Source of the DNA: Candidatus Hydrogenedentota bacterium
GTDB lineage: Bacteria > Hydrogenedentota > Hydrogenedentia > Hydrogenedentales > SLHB01
Direction: 5' to 3'
Assembly: GCA_963745075.1 (NCBI GenBank)
Contig: CAVUWV010000008.1
Span: forward strand, 497,837-561,836
DNA length: 64,000 nucleotides
Notes under the pieces: model-generated
Seen by the model: the letters and a program-made list of their open reading frames with translations, nothing else
Databases searched by the model: none
What the model was told of the DNA's origin: nothing
Translations under genes and position numbers: made by a program
Shown: piece after piece, positions 30,056 to 42,135 of the stretch
Numbering within the stretch: the first letter of the stretch is position 1
How the letters are laid out: every line of letters begins with the position of its first letter

Positions 30056-30508
30056 GTGGTCGAGCGGACCTTTGTGATGATTAAGCCCGACGCGGTTGGC
30101 CGGCGGCTGTGCGGCGAGATCATTCGCCGCTACGAAGCCAAGGGCCTTCAGTTGGTCGGGATGAAGATGCAGATCGTTTCGCGCGAATTGGCGGAAAAGC
30201 ATTATGCCGAACACGTCGGCAAAGGGTTCTACGAGAGCCTCCTGGCCTTCATTACGTCGGGGCCGACCATTCAGATGGTCTGGGAAGGCGAGAACGCGGT
30301 GGCCGCAGGGCGCAAGCTCAACGGCGCGACCAACAGCCAGGAAGCGGACCTCGGAACCATCCGCGGCGATTTCGGCATGACGGTGCAGAACAATCTGGTC
30401 CACGCCTCCGACTCCGTGGATACGGCGCAGCGCGAAATCGCGATCTATTTCGATGAAAACGAATTGTGGAACTATTCCATGCCCGACGGGCAATGGTTGG
30501 TGAATTAG
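30056..30508 (+). CDS. ndk: Nucleoside diphosphate kinase
   Basis: ERTFVMIKPDAV, HYAEH, GTIRGDF, NLVHASDS. Confidence 0.97.
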   Translation: MVERTFVMIKPDAVGRRLCGEIIRRYEAKGLQLVGMKMQIVSRELAEKHYAEHVGKGFYESLLAFITSGPTIQMVWEGENAVAAGRKLNGATNSQEADLGTIRGDFGMTVQNNLVHASDSVDTAQREIAIYFDENELWNYSMPDGQWLVN

Positions 30509-30566
30509 GGGCCCGGTCGCGCCCGGCGTGATGGGGGCAAACGTTAACCGGTAAGGAGACCAGTAC

Positions 30567-30656
30567 ATGGCTGGTGGAAGAAAGGTGCGGCGCGCCAAGA
30601 TCGCCAAGCACAAGCGCAAGAAGAAGCGCCGCGCAAATCGCCATAAGAACAAGTAA
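30567..30656 (+). CDS. Small basic protein, bS22/mS38 (AURKAIP1/COX24)-like, 29 aa
   Basis: RBS TAAGGAG; MAGGRKVRRAKIAKHKRKKKRRANRHKNK* translated by hand. Confidence 0.85.
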   Translation: MAGGRKVRRAKIAKHKRKKKRRANRHKNK

Positions 30657-30829
30657 GCGCGTTCATCCCTGAACGCACGCGGAGATGCCATGAACGCCGC
30701 GTCACCGAATACACGATGTTTCAGAGCGCCCCGGGTCCGGTCTGCGGACGGGCCCGGGAGCCTGTTTCTTCGTCGTGCCGGCAGCGGCAGAGCACAAGGC
30801 GATTCACTCCGCACGAGGAGATTTTGATC

Positions 30830-31276
30830 ATGGGAGACGACGAGCGGAAGATCTTCATCGACGAAGATTGGAAAGCCCAGGTTCAGCGCGAGAAAGAGCA
30901 GGCCCAAACGGCGCCCCAGGAAGCGCCGGAGGCCGACGATGCTCACGGCGACGAGGCGGCCGCGCCCGACGACGGCAAAGCCACGTTCGGTTCGTTGGTT
31001 CAAAGCCTCGCCGCTCAATGTGCCTTTTCGTTGGGGCTTATCGCGCCTCAGGACACCAAACAGGTGATGGTCAACCTCGATGAAGCGCGGTATTGCATCG
31101 ACACCATCGTCATGTTGCGTGACAAGACCAAGGGCAATCTGTCCAAAGAAGAGGAAGGCATGGTGTCGCAGACCCTGTCCGAACTCCAGCAGATTTACGT
31201 GGTCCGCGCGCAGCAGGTTCAAGAGGCCACACTGAAACAGGCGGGAATCGATCTGAAGAATCCGCCGCAGGGTTGA
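30830..31276 (+). CDS. DUF1844-like protein
   Basis: IFIDEDWKAQV, ARYCIDTIVMLRDKTKGNL..EE; RBS GAGGAG. Confidence 0.8.
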   Translation: MGDDERKIFIDEDWKAQVQREKEQAQTAPQEAPEADDAHGDEAAAPDDGKATFGSLVQSLAAQCAFSLGLIAPQDTKQVMVNLDEARYCIDTIVMLRDKTKGNLSKEEEGMVSQTLSELQQIYVVRAQQVQEATLKQAGIDLKNPPQG

Positions 31277-31395
31277 ACGAAGTCCCGGGCCGTTCGCGAC
31301 CCGGTCTTATGCGCATGGCGGGGTGATTTTACGGGGTGTCCGATTCTATTCGGGCGGATAGCCCCCTCCATTTCCGGCTATGTTGGGGAGATTGA

Positions 31396-32688
<1,293 letters not shown>

Positions 32689-33015
32689 CGACAATTGTCC
32701 CGAGGGAGGCCAAGTCCGGGGTTCTGTCCCGAGGGGACACAACGCCATACTCCCGCAGTTTATGTGAAACCACAACGCCATCAGCACTGTCCAAGTAGTG
32801 GGAGGACTGTGTATGGACCGCGGGACGCGCGTCCCGTAACGTCTGCTGTATACGTCCTCTATTGATTCGATCTTGAGGTTAACGTACACTGACAATTGTG
32901 GCGGCGGGAGCGCGAGGGGTTGTGCCTATCGTCCACCCTCGTGAATATCTTGTGCCGAAAGATCCCGTCCCTGCGCTGACCGTTTGATCCGTTACGCATT
33001 TGTTGGGAGGAGACT

Positions 33016-35319
33016 ATGTACCGTTCGCGCCGGTTACTTTGGGCGCTCACTGCGTGTCTGGCCTGGGGCTTGCTCTTCCCGTGTTTGTCGCACGGACAAA
33101 AGGTCCGCCCCATCTCGATTGCGGATTGGAAGCAGGACGGCTCGGCCGGCAATTCCCCTGCCGCCGATTCAAAATCCGCTTCAAAAGAGGCACAACCGGC
33201 TGCCGACGAGGATGCCGATCGGTCCAACTACCCGGCCGAAGCATTCATGCCGGCGCTCGAAGGTGATGAGACGAGAAGTGCTCCGGCGGTCGAACAAAGC
33301 CCGTTGCCGCCTGTCGAGGAAGTATCGACAGATGACCGGGGCGCGACCGTCGAATCGTCCGATATGCAGGTGCGCGACGCGACCAACGCGGAAGCGGCGT
33401 CCGGTGATTCGGGCGATGAACCGCCGCCGTCAATTCACGCGTGGGTCGACGATCCGAACGCCGAGAGTCCCGAAAGTGTGCCCGTAGCCGCGACCGGCGA
33501 AGGCGATTCGAATGGCGAAATCAAGGCCGGCCAGATTCGTACACGGGGCGGGGTGATCAATCTTCAATCTATTTCCCTCGAACGGCTCCACGAGGAAGTG
33601 AAAGAGAAACAAACCGGCGAAGAAATGCCGGTGACCTTGCAGGACTGCGTGGCGCTGGCCCTCGAAGCGAACCAGGATATCAAGGTTTCGGCGTACGAGC
33701 CGCTCAAATCCGACGGCGACATTATGTCGGCCAAGGGCGAATTCGATCCGGTCTTGAAGAGCATCAATTCGCGATCCCATTCCGAATCCACGGCTTCGTC
33801 TCAAACCAACGCCTTCACCGGCGGCGGGTTGGGTGGAGGTGGTAGTAGCTTACTTGGGGGTGGATTGGGCGGAGGGAGCCTCTTAAGCGGTCTGGGCGGT
33901 CTGGGCGGCTACGGGGGCCTTCTAGGCGGCAATAACAACAATAACAACAACGGCCTCAATGTCGGCCGGATAATGCTGTCTTTGGCCCTTAACTTGGCAA
34001 GCTCGGCCCGGGGGCTTATTCAGAACTTCCTACCCCAGCAAGAGACGTCCTATGTAATCGTAAGCGACAACTGGCGGTCGGAAACCTCGTTGTCGGGCAA
34101 GATCCCCTGGGGGACGCAGTACGAACTCAAGATGGAAGTTTCGGATGAGGAGACAACCTTCAACAACTTCGTATCCGAATTCAGCGGCGGCCTGACGTTG
34201 ACGCTGACCCAGCCGCTGTTGCGCGGGCGGGGTCCGCGGGCGAACCTGGCGCGCATCCGCATCGCGAAAAACAATCGCGCCGTTGCGGAGAACCAACTCC
34301 TGACGCAAGTCATGAACACGCTGTCCGACGTGGTAAAGGCCTATTGGGACCTGGAGGGTGCCAATCAGCAGTTAGACGTCCGCGAGAAATCGCTCGACAA
34401 TGCGGAGCGCTTGCTGGACATCAACCAGCGCCGGTTGGAAATTGGCACGGGCGCCGCATTGGAGGTCGTGCAGGCCAAGGCCAGCGTGGCGCAACGCCAG
34501 GGCGACGTGATTTCCGCCCGGTCGCAGGTGCGGTCCTCGGAAGACCGATTGAAACTGCTGCTGAACATGCGGGATGACGAGAATTTCTCCACGGCCCGGT
34601 TGCTTCCCACAGACAAGCCCGTGGCCACGGAATTGGACCTGGACGAGACCGAGAGCATCAATCTGGCGCTCTCGAACCGGCCGGAAATGGACTCCGCCAA
34701 TCTGGATATCGATAGCGCCGATATCGACCGGCTTCGCGCAGCCAATGAAATGCTGCCGCAGTTAGACGTCACGGGAAGTGTATTTCAGGGCGCCCGGGGT
34801 TCGAAGGCGAGCGACGTGTTTGACGGGGTGTCCAACCGCAACGACAACTCCTGGTCCCTCTCCGTGACCGGATCCGTCCCGATTCCCAATCGTTCCGGGC
34901 GGGGAGCGTACTCCAAGGCGGAGATTACGCAGCAGCAAGCCGAGGAACGATTGCAGAAGACCATAGCCGACTTGACGTTAAACGTGCGCACCGCCATCCG
35001 GAGCGTGGGCACCACCCGCATTCTCGTCGAGAGCAGCCGTCAGGCGAGGAAGTTGCAGGAAACCAACGTGAACGCCGAGGAGAAGAAACTCAAACTTGGT
35101 GTGACGACCAGCTTCGAGGTTTTGCGGACCCAGGAAGACTTGGCGTCCGCACAGGCGCAAGAGGTGCAGGCGCTGATCGATTTCGAAAAGGCGAAGGTTG
35201 ACCTGGAGTTGGCCGAGGGCGTGTTGCTCGATAGCCTCGGGGTCGAATACGAAGTGCCCGAGCCGCAGAAGACGGTAGGATTTGTTCGCAGTATCGTGCC
35301 ACCGGCTCCGAAGCACTGA
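33016..35319 (+). CDS. TolC-family outer membrane protein with acidic N-terminal extension and Gly/Asn-rich insertion
   Basis: Signal peptide, TLQDCVALALEAN, LTQPLLRG, ALSNRPE, LPQLDV; precedes ABC/MFP genes. Confidence 0.85.
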   Translation: MYRSRRLLWALTACLAWGLLFPCLSHGQKVRPISIADWKQDGSAGNSPAADSKSASKEAQPAADEDADRSNYPAEAFMPALEGDETRSAPAVEQSPLPPVEEVSTDDRGATVESSDMQVRDATNAEAASGDSGDEPPPSIHAWVDDPNAESPESVPVAATGEGDSNGEIKAGQIRTRGGVINLQSISLERLHEEVKEKQTGEEMPVTLQDCVALALEANQDIKVSAYEPLKSDGDIMSAKGEFDPVLKSINSRSHSESTASSQTNAFTGGGLGGGGSSLLGGGLGGGSLLSGLGGLGGYGGLLGGNNNNNNNGLNVGRIMLSLALNLASSARGLIQNFLPQQETSYVIVSDNWRSETSLSGKIPWGTQYELKMEVSDEETTFNNFVSEFSGGLTLTLTQPLLRGRGPRANLARIRIAKNNRAVAENQLLTQVMNTLSDVVKAYWDLEGANQQLDVREKSLDNAERLLDINQRRLEIGTGAALEVVQAKASVAQRQGDVISARSQVRSSEDRLKLLLNMRDDENFSTARLLPTDKPVATELDLDETESINLALSNRPEMDSANLDIDSADIDRLRAANEMLPQLDVTGSVFQGARGSKASDVFDGVSNRNDNSWSLSVTGSVPIPNRSGRGAYSKAEITQQQAEERLQKTIADLTLNVRTAIRSVGTTRILVESSRQARKLQETNVNAEEKKLKLGVTTSFEVLRTQEDLASAQAQEVQALIDFEKAKVDLELAEGVLLDSLGVEYEVPEPQKTVGFVRSIVPPAPKH

Positions 35320-35625
35320 ACGGCATGGCCAGGGTCTTTTTCCCGGAATCGGGTCCACGGTTGCGAACCCGGATCTGAAAACCAAATCCCCCTGACAGAA
35401 GTCTAAACGGCAACGACGCGTGCGTCCCGCGATTCCTGCGTTCGGAGTAACCGCACGAGGTTTTGTGTTTCTCGCGTGTAACTATAGGTTAATTCAGGAG
35501 TTGTAAATGCGTTCCCGCCCAATTGAGTATCGCGCCGATAGGGCCAAGTGTCCCACTGCGCGGCGCAGCGTTGCCCTACACGCGCTCCCGCATTCGCAAC
35601 CGGGCATGTGCTAGAATCTCCGCTT

Positions 35626-36339
35626 ATGACTACCGCGATAGACACGGAAGACATTATCGTCATTGAGGATCTGACGAAGCACTACGTCATGGGTGAAACG
35701 GTGGTGAAAGCCCTGCGGGGCGTCACCCTGACGATTGGGCGTGGGTCGTTTGTCGCCGTGATGGGACCATCCGGTTCGGGGAAGACGACGCTGATGGACA
35801 TCCTCGGATGTCTTTCCCGTCCGACCTCGGGTGTGTATAAATTGCACGGTACGTCCGTCTCCACATTGACCGAGTCGCGGTTGGCGCAGTTGCGCAATCA
35901 TGAAATCGGTTTTGTGTTTCAGAACTTCAATCTGCTGTCGCGGACAACGGCCCTCGCGAATGTCGAGCTGCCCTTGCTCTACGACGCCATTCCCAAGAAG
36001 GAGCGGACGAAGCGGGCCAAAGAAGTGCTCGAGTCGGTGGATTTGGGGGACCGCATCTATCACAAACCCAACGAACTCTCCGGGGGGCAGCGGCAGCGGG
36101 TTGCGATCGCGCGGGCCCTGGTGAACCGCCCCTCGATTCTGTTTGCCGACGAGCCCACCGGCAACCTCGATTCGACGAGCGGGGCGAGCATATTAACCTT
36201 GTTCGATTCCTTGCACGCACAAGGCAATACGATAGTGATGGTGACTCATGAGCGCGAAGTCGCCGAACACGCGGAACGCATCATGAGCTTTCGCGATGGA
36301 AAGTTGGTGAAGGACGAATGGCGAAGCAACGACGTTTAG
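35626..36339 (+). CDS. ABC transporter ATP-binding protein (LolD/MacB-type)
   Basis: [38 protein letters not shown]. Confidence 0.95.
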   Translation: MTTAIDTEDIIVIEDLTKHYVMGETVVKALRGVTLTIGRGSFVAVMGPSGSGKTTLMDILGCLSRPTSGVYKLHGTSVSTLTESRLAQLRNHEIGFVFQNFNLLSRTTALANVELPLLYDAIPKKERTKRAKEVLESVDLGDRIYHKPNELSGGQRQRVAIARALVNRPSILFADEPTGNLDSTSGASILTLFDSLHAQGNTIVMVTHEREVAEHAERIMSFRDGKLVKDEWRSNDV

Positions 36340-37562
36340 GGCCCCAGATACTCGGCTGGTTGATCCTCCTTGCGATCCTGGCCGCGCCGGTTGTGTACAT
36401 GCTCACCCGGGAGGACGTGATCGACGTGACGGCAACGACGATCGAACGGGGACACGTGGAAGAAACCGTAACCGCGATTTCATCCGGTACTGTGAAGCCT
36501 TCCCTGGACTCCATGGTTGCCACCGGATCGCTCGGCACCGTCGTGAGCGTGCCCTTCGATGAGGGGGCCCGCGTCGAAAAAGGTGCCGTGATCGTCGAGT
36601 TGGACCACGACGAACTGGACGCCCAGGTGAAGTTGGCCGAGGCCAATCTCAAGGCCGGGCAATTTGGGGTGACGCAGGCGGAATTGGGCAAGAGCATCGG
36701 CGCGGAGGTTGCCGAAACCCGCGTGGCCCAGACCGCGGCCCAGCTCGAGCAGGCCAAAAAAGACTTCGAGAGCATGAAAGCTCTTTCCGACCAAAATGCG
36801 ATTCGGCAGAACGATCTCGACAAGGCCGCGCTCGCATTGAAGGTGGCCCAAGAGAGTTGGGCTGCCGCGAAAGCCAGCCAGCGTGAAAACCTCGTTCACG
36901 AGCAGGAAGTCAGCATGGCCAAAGCCAAGATCGAACAATTGCAGGCGGCCGTGGAGGTTGCCAAGGCGGCCCGCGATAACGCCTATGTAAAGGCGCCGTT
37001 TTCCGGTGTCATTGCAAAGGTCTTCAGCGATGCGGGTGAGGCGGTCTCGATGGGGATGCCCCTGGTCCAATTGGTCGACCCGTCCAAGTGCTACGTGGAG
37101 GCCCCCTTCGACGAGGCCAACGCCTCCGAAATCACGCTCGGCCAGAAGGCCCGCATTAATTTGGACGCGTATCGGAGCGAGGATTTCACGGGGGTCGTCG
37201 AATATATCTCCCCGGTCGTATCCATCAACCCGGATCTCAGCCGTACGCTCAACGTCCGCATCCGCGTAAAGGAAGGGACGGACAAGTTTCTCGCGGGAAT
37301 GTCGGCGGACGTGATCCTTCTCGTGAAAGAAAAGGAAGATGTCGTCTACGTGCCGACAGAAGATCTGATTCGCGAAGAATATGTCTATGTGATTCAGGAC
37401 GGCCGCGCCGTGCGCCGGGAAGTCAAGACCGGGATCGGGAACTGGGAACGGACCGAAATCGCGAGCGGCTTGGAGCCGGGCGAACAGATTGTCACGTCAA
37501 TTTCGCTGACCGCGCTGGATGACGGCGTCCCCGTCAATGTAGTGGACAGCCTGGAGGAATAA
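36318..37562 (+). CDS. Efflux periplasmic adaptor (MacA/HlyD-type)
   Basis: N-terminal TM, lipoyl halves, coiled hairpin, APFSGVI, GMSADV. Confidence 0.9.
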   Translation: MAKQRRLGPQILGWLILLAILAAPVVYMLTREDVIDVTATTIERGHVEETVTAISSGTVKPSLDSMVATGSLGTVVSVPFDEGARVEKGAVIVELDHDELDAQVKLAEANLKAGQFGVTQAELGKSIGAEVAETRVAQTAAQLEQAKKDFESMKALSDQNAIRQNDLDKAALALKVAQESWAAAKASQRENLVHEQEVSMAKAKIEQLQAAVEVAKAARDNAYVKAPFSGVIAKVFSDAGEAVSMGMPLVQLVDPSKCYVEAPFDEANASEITLGQKARINLDAYRSEDFTGVVEYISPVVSINPDLSRTLNVRIRVKEGTDKFLAGMSADVILLVKEKEDVVYVPTEDLIREEYVYVIQDGRAVRREVKTGIGNWERTEIASGLEPGEQIVTSISLTALDDGVPVNVVDSLEE

Positions 37563-38773
37563 TGGGCCCCTTTGACTACCTGCGAATCGCGTTGGATTCG
37601 CTGGCTCAGAGCAAGGTGCGATCGCTGCTGACCATGCTCGGGGTGATCATCGGGGTGATGTCGGTAATCCTCCTGATCTCGCTGGGGGAAGGCGCGCAAG
37701 CGTACGTCGCGAAGGAATTCGCGGGTATGGGGAGTAACATCCTCATCATTACGCCGGGCAAACAAGAAACCTCCGGCATGATGCCATTGGTGGCGGGCAG
37801 TTTCCGGAATCTCACCTTTGAAAACGCCAAGGAAATCGAACGGAAAGCCCAAGGCGCGAAGGCCGTGTCGCCGGTCGTGCTGGGCGCCGGTGCGGTGAAG
37901 TACGGCGACCGGCGCCGCAACACGATGATCTTGGCGGTTACCCCCGCGTTTGAAGTCGTGCGGAACCTGCACGCGCAAATCGGCCGGTTCATCAGCGAGC
38001 AGGACATCGATAAGAATGCCAAGGTCTGCGTGATCGGCACGCAGGTGAAAGACGAATTGTTCGGAAACGACAACCCCATCAACCAATCCGTTTCCATCAA
38101 TCGCACGAAGCACACCGTCGTCGGGATTCTCGAACACAAGGGCGTGACTCTCGGAATCAACGTCGACGATTTGGTGATCGTTCCATTGCCGAGCGGACAG
38201 CAGATGTTCTACGGCGGCGAAGACAAGCTGTTCCAGATCGTGGTGCGCGCGAACAGCCCCGAGGACGTGGCCCTGGCCACGGAGTCGATCCGGGAAATTC
38301 TCACCGCCGCCCACGACTACACGGAAGACTTCACGATTACCGATCAAACGTCGATCCTCTCCACGCTGGACAATATATTCACAGCCATGAAGGTCATGTT
38401 GGCGGGTATCGCAGGCATTTCGTTGCTCGTCGGCGGCATCGGCATTATGAACATCATGTTGGTCACGGTACGTGAACGCACCCGCGAGGTGGGCATTCGC
38501 AAGGCCGTCGGGGCCACGCGCCACGATATCGGCATGCAGTTCGCCATCGAATCGGTGACGTTGAGTTCGATCGGAGGTTCCATCGGTATTCTTTTGGGCT
38601 ACCTCGGGACATTCACGATTCGCCAAATCTATCCGCCGCTGCCCGTCTATACGTCGGGGTGGGCAATCCTTCTCGCGTTTTTCTTCAGCATGGCGGTGGG
38701 GGTCTTCTTCGGCGCGTACCCGGCGGTCAAGGCGTCCAGCGTGGATCCCGTGGAAGCGCTTCGCTACGAATGA
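37562..38773 (+). CDS. ABC permease (MacB/FtsX family)
   Basis: RSLLTMLGVIIGV, GGIGIMNIMLVTVRERTREVGIRKAVGA, DPVEALRYE. Confidence 0.95.
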   Translation: MGPFDYLRIALDSLAQSKVRSLLTMLGVIIGVMSVILLISLGEGAQAYVAKEFAGMGSNILIITPGKQETSGMMPLVAGSFRNLTFENAKEIERKAQGAKAVSPVVLGAGAVKYGDRRRNTMILAVTPAFEVVRNLHAQIGRFISEQDIDKNAKVCVIGTQVKDELFGNDNPINQSVSINRTKHTVVGILEHKGVTLGINVDDLVIVPLPSGQQMFYGGEDKLFQIVVRANSPEDVALATESIREILTAAHDYTEDFTITDQTSILSTLDNIFTAMKVMLAGIAGISLLVGGIGIMNIMLVTVRERTREVGIRKAVGATRHDIGMQFAIESVTLSSIGGSIGILLGYLGTFTIRQIYPPLPVYTSGWAILLAFFFSMAVGVFFGAYPAVKASSVDPVEALRYE

Positions 38774-38894
38774 TACCGCGGCCTTCGCGCCGGTCTTGAC
38801 AATCGAACAGCGCCACGGTATCCATAGTATGCAGTTGGCAGGGTGTCCTGGGTTATCGTTGGCCGCAACCGGTGGTTTGAGGGAGTGCTGTCCC

Positions 38895-40466
38895 ATGTTC
38901 AATCTAGCTGCAATACTCGAAAACAGCGCGCGCGAGTACCCTGACAAAGAGGCCATCACGTTCAACCACTTCCGTTTGAGTTTCAAACTGGTGGACGATC
39001 TGGCTAATCAGGTGGCGAACGGGCTGCGGGCCGCTGGTATTCGCAAAGGGGACAAAGTTGCGTTCCTGTGCCCGAACCTCCCATATTTCCCCATCGTCTA
39101 CTTCGGCATCTTAAAGGCCGGGGCCATCTTCGTGCCGCTGAACGTGTTGCTTCGCGAGCGGGAAATCGCCTATCACCTCGCCGACTCCGACAGCGTCGCC
39201 TTTATCTGTTTCGAGGGAACCGAGACGCTCCCCATGGGACAAATCGGGCACCGGGGCTTCAAGGAGGCGGAAACATGCGACCGCTTCTGGATCATCCCCA
39301 CCGTTCCCGGTGGAGACTCGCCCATCGAGGGCGTGCCCACGCTGTCCGATCTCATGCACGACCAGCCCACAACCTTTGAAACGGTGCAATGCCGCGCCGA
39401 CGACACCTGCATCATCATCTACACCTCCGGGACGACCGGTCATCCCAAGGGCGCGGAACTGACGCATTCGAATATCCTGATGAACTGCATGTCCACACGA
39501 AAACTGATTGAAGGCGGTCCGGAAGACACTGCTTTGGCGGTGCTGCCCCTGTTCCACTCCTTCGGGCTTACCGGCATTCTCAATGCCGCCGTGCTCAACG
39601 GCAGCCGGCTGGTGTTGGTGCCGCGATTCGAACCTGCCGAAGTGTTGCGGGCGTTCCAGGACGAGGGCGTCACCTTGTTTGCGGGCGTTCCGACCATGTA
39701 CTGGGAGCTGCTGCATTATCCCGAGGCGGACCAGTTCGATCTGGAAAAGATCGCTTCCACCTGGCGGCTGGGAGTGTCCGGCGGCGCCGCCATGCCGGTC
39801 GACCTCATGTTGGAGTTCCAGGAGAAGTTCCGCATCCGTATCCTGGAGGGCTACGGTCTTTCGGAAACGTCGCCGGCGGCCTCGTTCAGCCGCGAAGACA
39901 TGCCGCAAAAGATCGGATCCATCGGCGTGCCCATTTGGGGCGTGGAAATGAAAGTCGTCGACAACGACATGAACGAAGTGCCCCGCGGCGAGTCGGGCGA
40001 GATCGTTATTCGCGGGCACAACGTCATGAAGGGGTATTACAAACAGGACGAGGCCAACGAAGAAGCCTTTCGCGGCGGCTGGTTTCATACCGGGGATATC
40101 GGATATCAGGATGACGACGGGTATTTCTTCATCGTCGATCGCATCAAAGACATGATCATTCGCGGCGGATTCAATGTGTATCCGCGCGAAGTGGAAGAGG
40201 CGCTCATGATGCATCCGGATATTACGCTGGCCGCGGTCATCGGCGTGCCCCACGAGGAGTACGGCGAGGAAATCAAGGCCTTTGTTATTCCCAGACCGGG
40301 GGCGACCCTCACGCCCGATGCCATTGTCGCCTTTGGCAAGAAGGAGATCGCCGGTTATAAGTATCCGCGCATCGTCGAGCTGTGCGAGAAACTTCCCATC
40401 GGCCCGACCGGCAAGGTGCTGAAGAAGGAATTGCGAGACCAGGCAATAGCAGATGCAAAAGCGTGA
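38895..40466 (+). CDS. Long-chain fatty acid--CoA ligase (copy 1)
   Basis: YTSGTTGHPKG, EGYGLSET, WFHTGD, DRIKDMIIRGG, GKVLK. Confidence 0.93.
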   Translation: MFNLAAILENSAREYPDKEAITFNHFRLSFKLVDDLANQVANGLRAAGIRKGDKVAFLCPNLPYFPIVYFGILKAGAIFVPLNVLLREREIAYHLADSDSVAFICFEGTETLPMGQIGHRGFKEAETCDRFWIIPTVPGGDSPIEGVPTLSDLMHDQPTTFETVQCRADDTCIIIYTSGTTGHPKGAELTHSNILMNCMSTRKLIEGGPEDTALAVLPLFHSFGLTGILNAAVLNGSRLVLVPRFEPAEVLRAFQDEGVTLFAGVPTMYWELLHYPEADQFDLEKIASTWRLGVSGGAAMPVDLMLEFQEKFRIRILEGYGLSETSPAASFSREDMPQKIGSIGVPIWGVEMKVVDNDMNEVPRGESGEIVIRGHNVMKGYYKQDEANEEAFRGGWFHTGDIGYQDDDGYFFIVDRIKDMIIRGGFNVYPREVEEALMMHPDITLAAVIGVPHEEYGEEIKAFVIPRPGATLTPDAIVAFGKKEIAGYKYPRIVELCEKLPIGPTGKVLKKELRDQAIADAKA

Positions 40467-40535
40467 CCGGTAAAAGGGGGACGTCCGCATTTCGACGAGT
40501 GCGGTGCAGCGGATAGGAAGGAGATTCAGAATCAC

Positions 40536-42110
40536 ATGCTGAATGTGGCCACACTTTTGGAGAACAGCGCCCGAGAGCTGCCGGACAAGACCGCCGTCGT
40601 CTTCGGGGGTCATATTCGATTGACGTACAAACAGATCAACGAGATGGCCAATCAAGTCGCCAACGGCTTGAAAGCGGCAGGGGTGAGAAGAGGAGACAAG
40701 GTCGCGGTCACATGCCCCAATCTTCCTTATTTCCCCATCCTGACCTACGGGATCATGAAGGCGGGCGCCGCGCTGGTTCCGCTGAACGTCTTGCTCAAGC
40801 GGCGTGAGATTGCCTACCACCTGTCCGACTCGGAAGCGGTGGGATACATCTGCTTCGAGGGCACGGACGAACTTCCCGTAGCGCGAGAAGGCCTGGCCGG
40901 TTTCAAGGATGTCGATTCCTGCGAGCACTTCTGGATCATTCCCACGATTCCCGGCGCCGATTCGCCCCTTGAAGGCGTGCCGACACTAACCGACTTGATG
41001 CACAATCAACCTCACACCTTCGACAGCGCGCCCACGCGGCCGGACGACACCTGTGTCATCATCTACACGTCGGGCACGACCGGCCGGCCCAAGGGCGCCG
41101 AACTGACCCATTCGAACATCACGCTCAACGCTATGGTTACCCGGGATATGTGCGATTCAACGCCGGACGAGGTCATGCTGGTGGTTTTGCCGTTGTTCCA
41201 CTCGTTCGGGTTCACCTGTCTCATGCAGACGGGGATACTTGCGGGAGCGACCTTGGTGTTGCTGCCCCGGTTTGACCCGGCGGCCGTGTTTGCTGCGTTG
41301 CAAGATGAGCAGGTCACGCTGTTTGCCGGGGTTCCCACCATGTACTGGGACATTCTCAACCACCCGCAGGCGGGAAAATACGATCTGGAGAAGATCGCGA
41401 AGACGCTTCGCTTGTGTACGTCAGGCGGCGCGGCCATGCCCGTCAACGTCATGAAACGATTTGAAGAGAAGTTTCACGTGCCGATCCTGGAAGGCTACGG
41501 ACTGTCCGAAACCTCCCCGGTTGCGAGCTTCAACCAATTGCACAAACCGCGCAAACCCGGCTCCATCGGCTTCCCCGTCTGGGGCGTGGAGATGATGGTC
41601 GCCGATCACGACATGAACGAATTGCCGGTCGGCGAAACCGGTGAAATCGTCATCCGCGGGCACAACATTATGAAGGGCTATTACAAGCGCGATGAGGCCA
41701 ATGACGAAGCATTCCGCGGCGGATGGTTCCACAGCGGCGATCTCGGGTACAAGGACGAAGACGGGTACTTCTATATCGTGGACCGATCTAAAGACATGAT
41801 TATCCGGGGCGGGTTCAACGTCTATCCGCGGGAAGTGGAGGAGACGTTGATGACGCATCCGGACATATCACTCGCCGCGGTGATCGGCGTCCCCCATGAT
41901 GAATATGGCGAAGAGATCATGGCCTACGTCATTCCCGAACTTGGATCTACCGTCACCGCGGAAGTTATCATTGCGTGGAGCAAGGACGAGATGGCGCGCT
42001 ATAAATACCCGCGACACGTCGAAATTGTGAAAACGCTGCCCATGGGGCCGACGGGGAAGATTCTCAAGACGGAACTCCGGAAAATGGCCACGGAGCGGAC
42101 CGCGAAATAG
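40536..42110 (+). CDS. Long-chain fatty acid--CoA ligase (copy 2)
   Basis: YTSGTTGRPKG, EGYGLSET, WFHSGD; collinear with copy 1. Confidence 0.93.
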   Translation: MLNVATLLENSARELPDKTAVVFGGHIRLTYKQINEMANQVANGLKAAGVRRGDKVAVTCPNLPYFPILTYGIMKAGAALVPLNVLLKRREIAYHLSDSEAVGYICFEGTDELPVAREGLAGFKDVDSCEHFWIIPTIPGADSPLEGVPTLTDLMHNQPHTFDSAPTRPDDTCVIIYTSGTTGRPKGAELTHSNITLNAMVTRDMCDSTPDEVMLVVLPLFHSFGFTCLMQTGILAGATLVLLPRFDPAAVFAALQDEQVTLFAGVPTMYWDILNHPQAGKYDLEKIAKTLRLCTSGGAAMPVNVMKRFEEKFHVPILEGYGLSETSPVASFNQLHKPRKPGSIGFPVWGVEMMVADHDMNELPVGETGEIVIRGHNIMKGYYKRDEANDEAFRGGWFHSGDLGYKDEDGYFYIVDRSKDMIIRGGFNVYPREVEETLMTHPDISLAAVIGVPHDEYGEEIMAYVIPELGSTVTAEVIIAWSKDEMARYKYPRHVEIVKTLPMGPTGKILKTELRKMATERTAK

Positions 42111-42135
42111 CCATCGTTTTGGGGGAACTGACACT

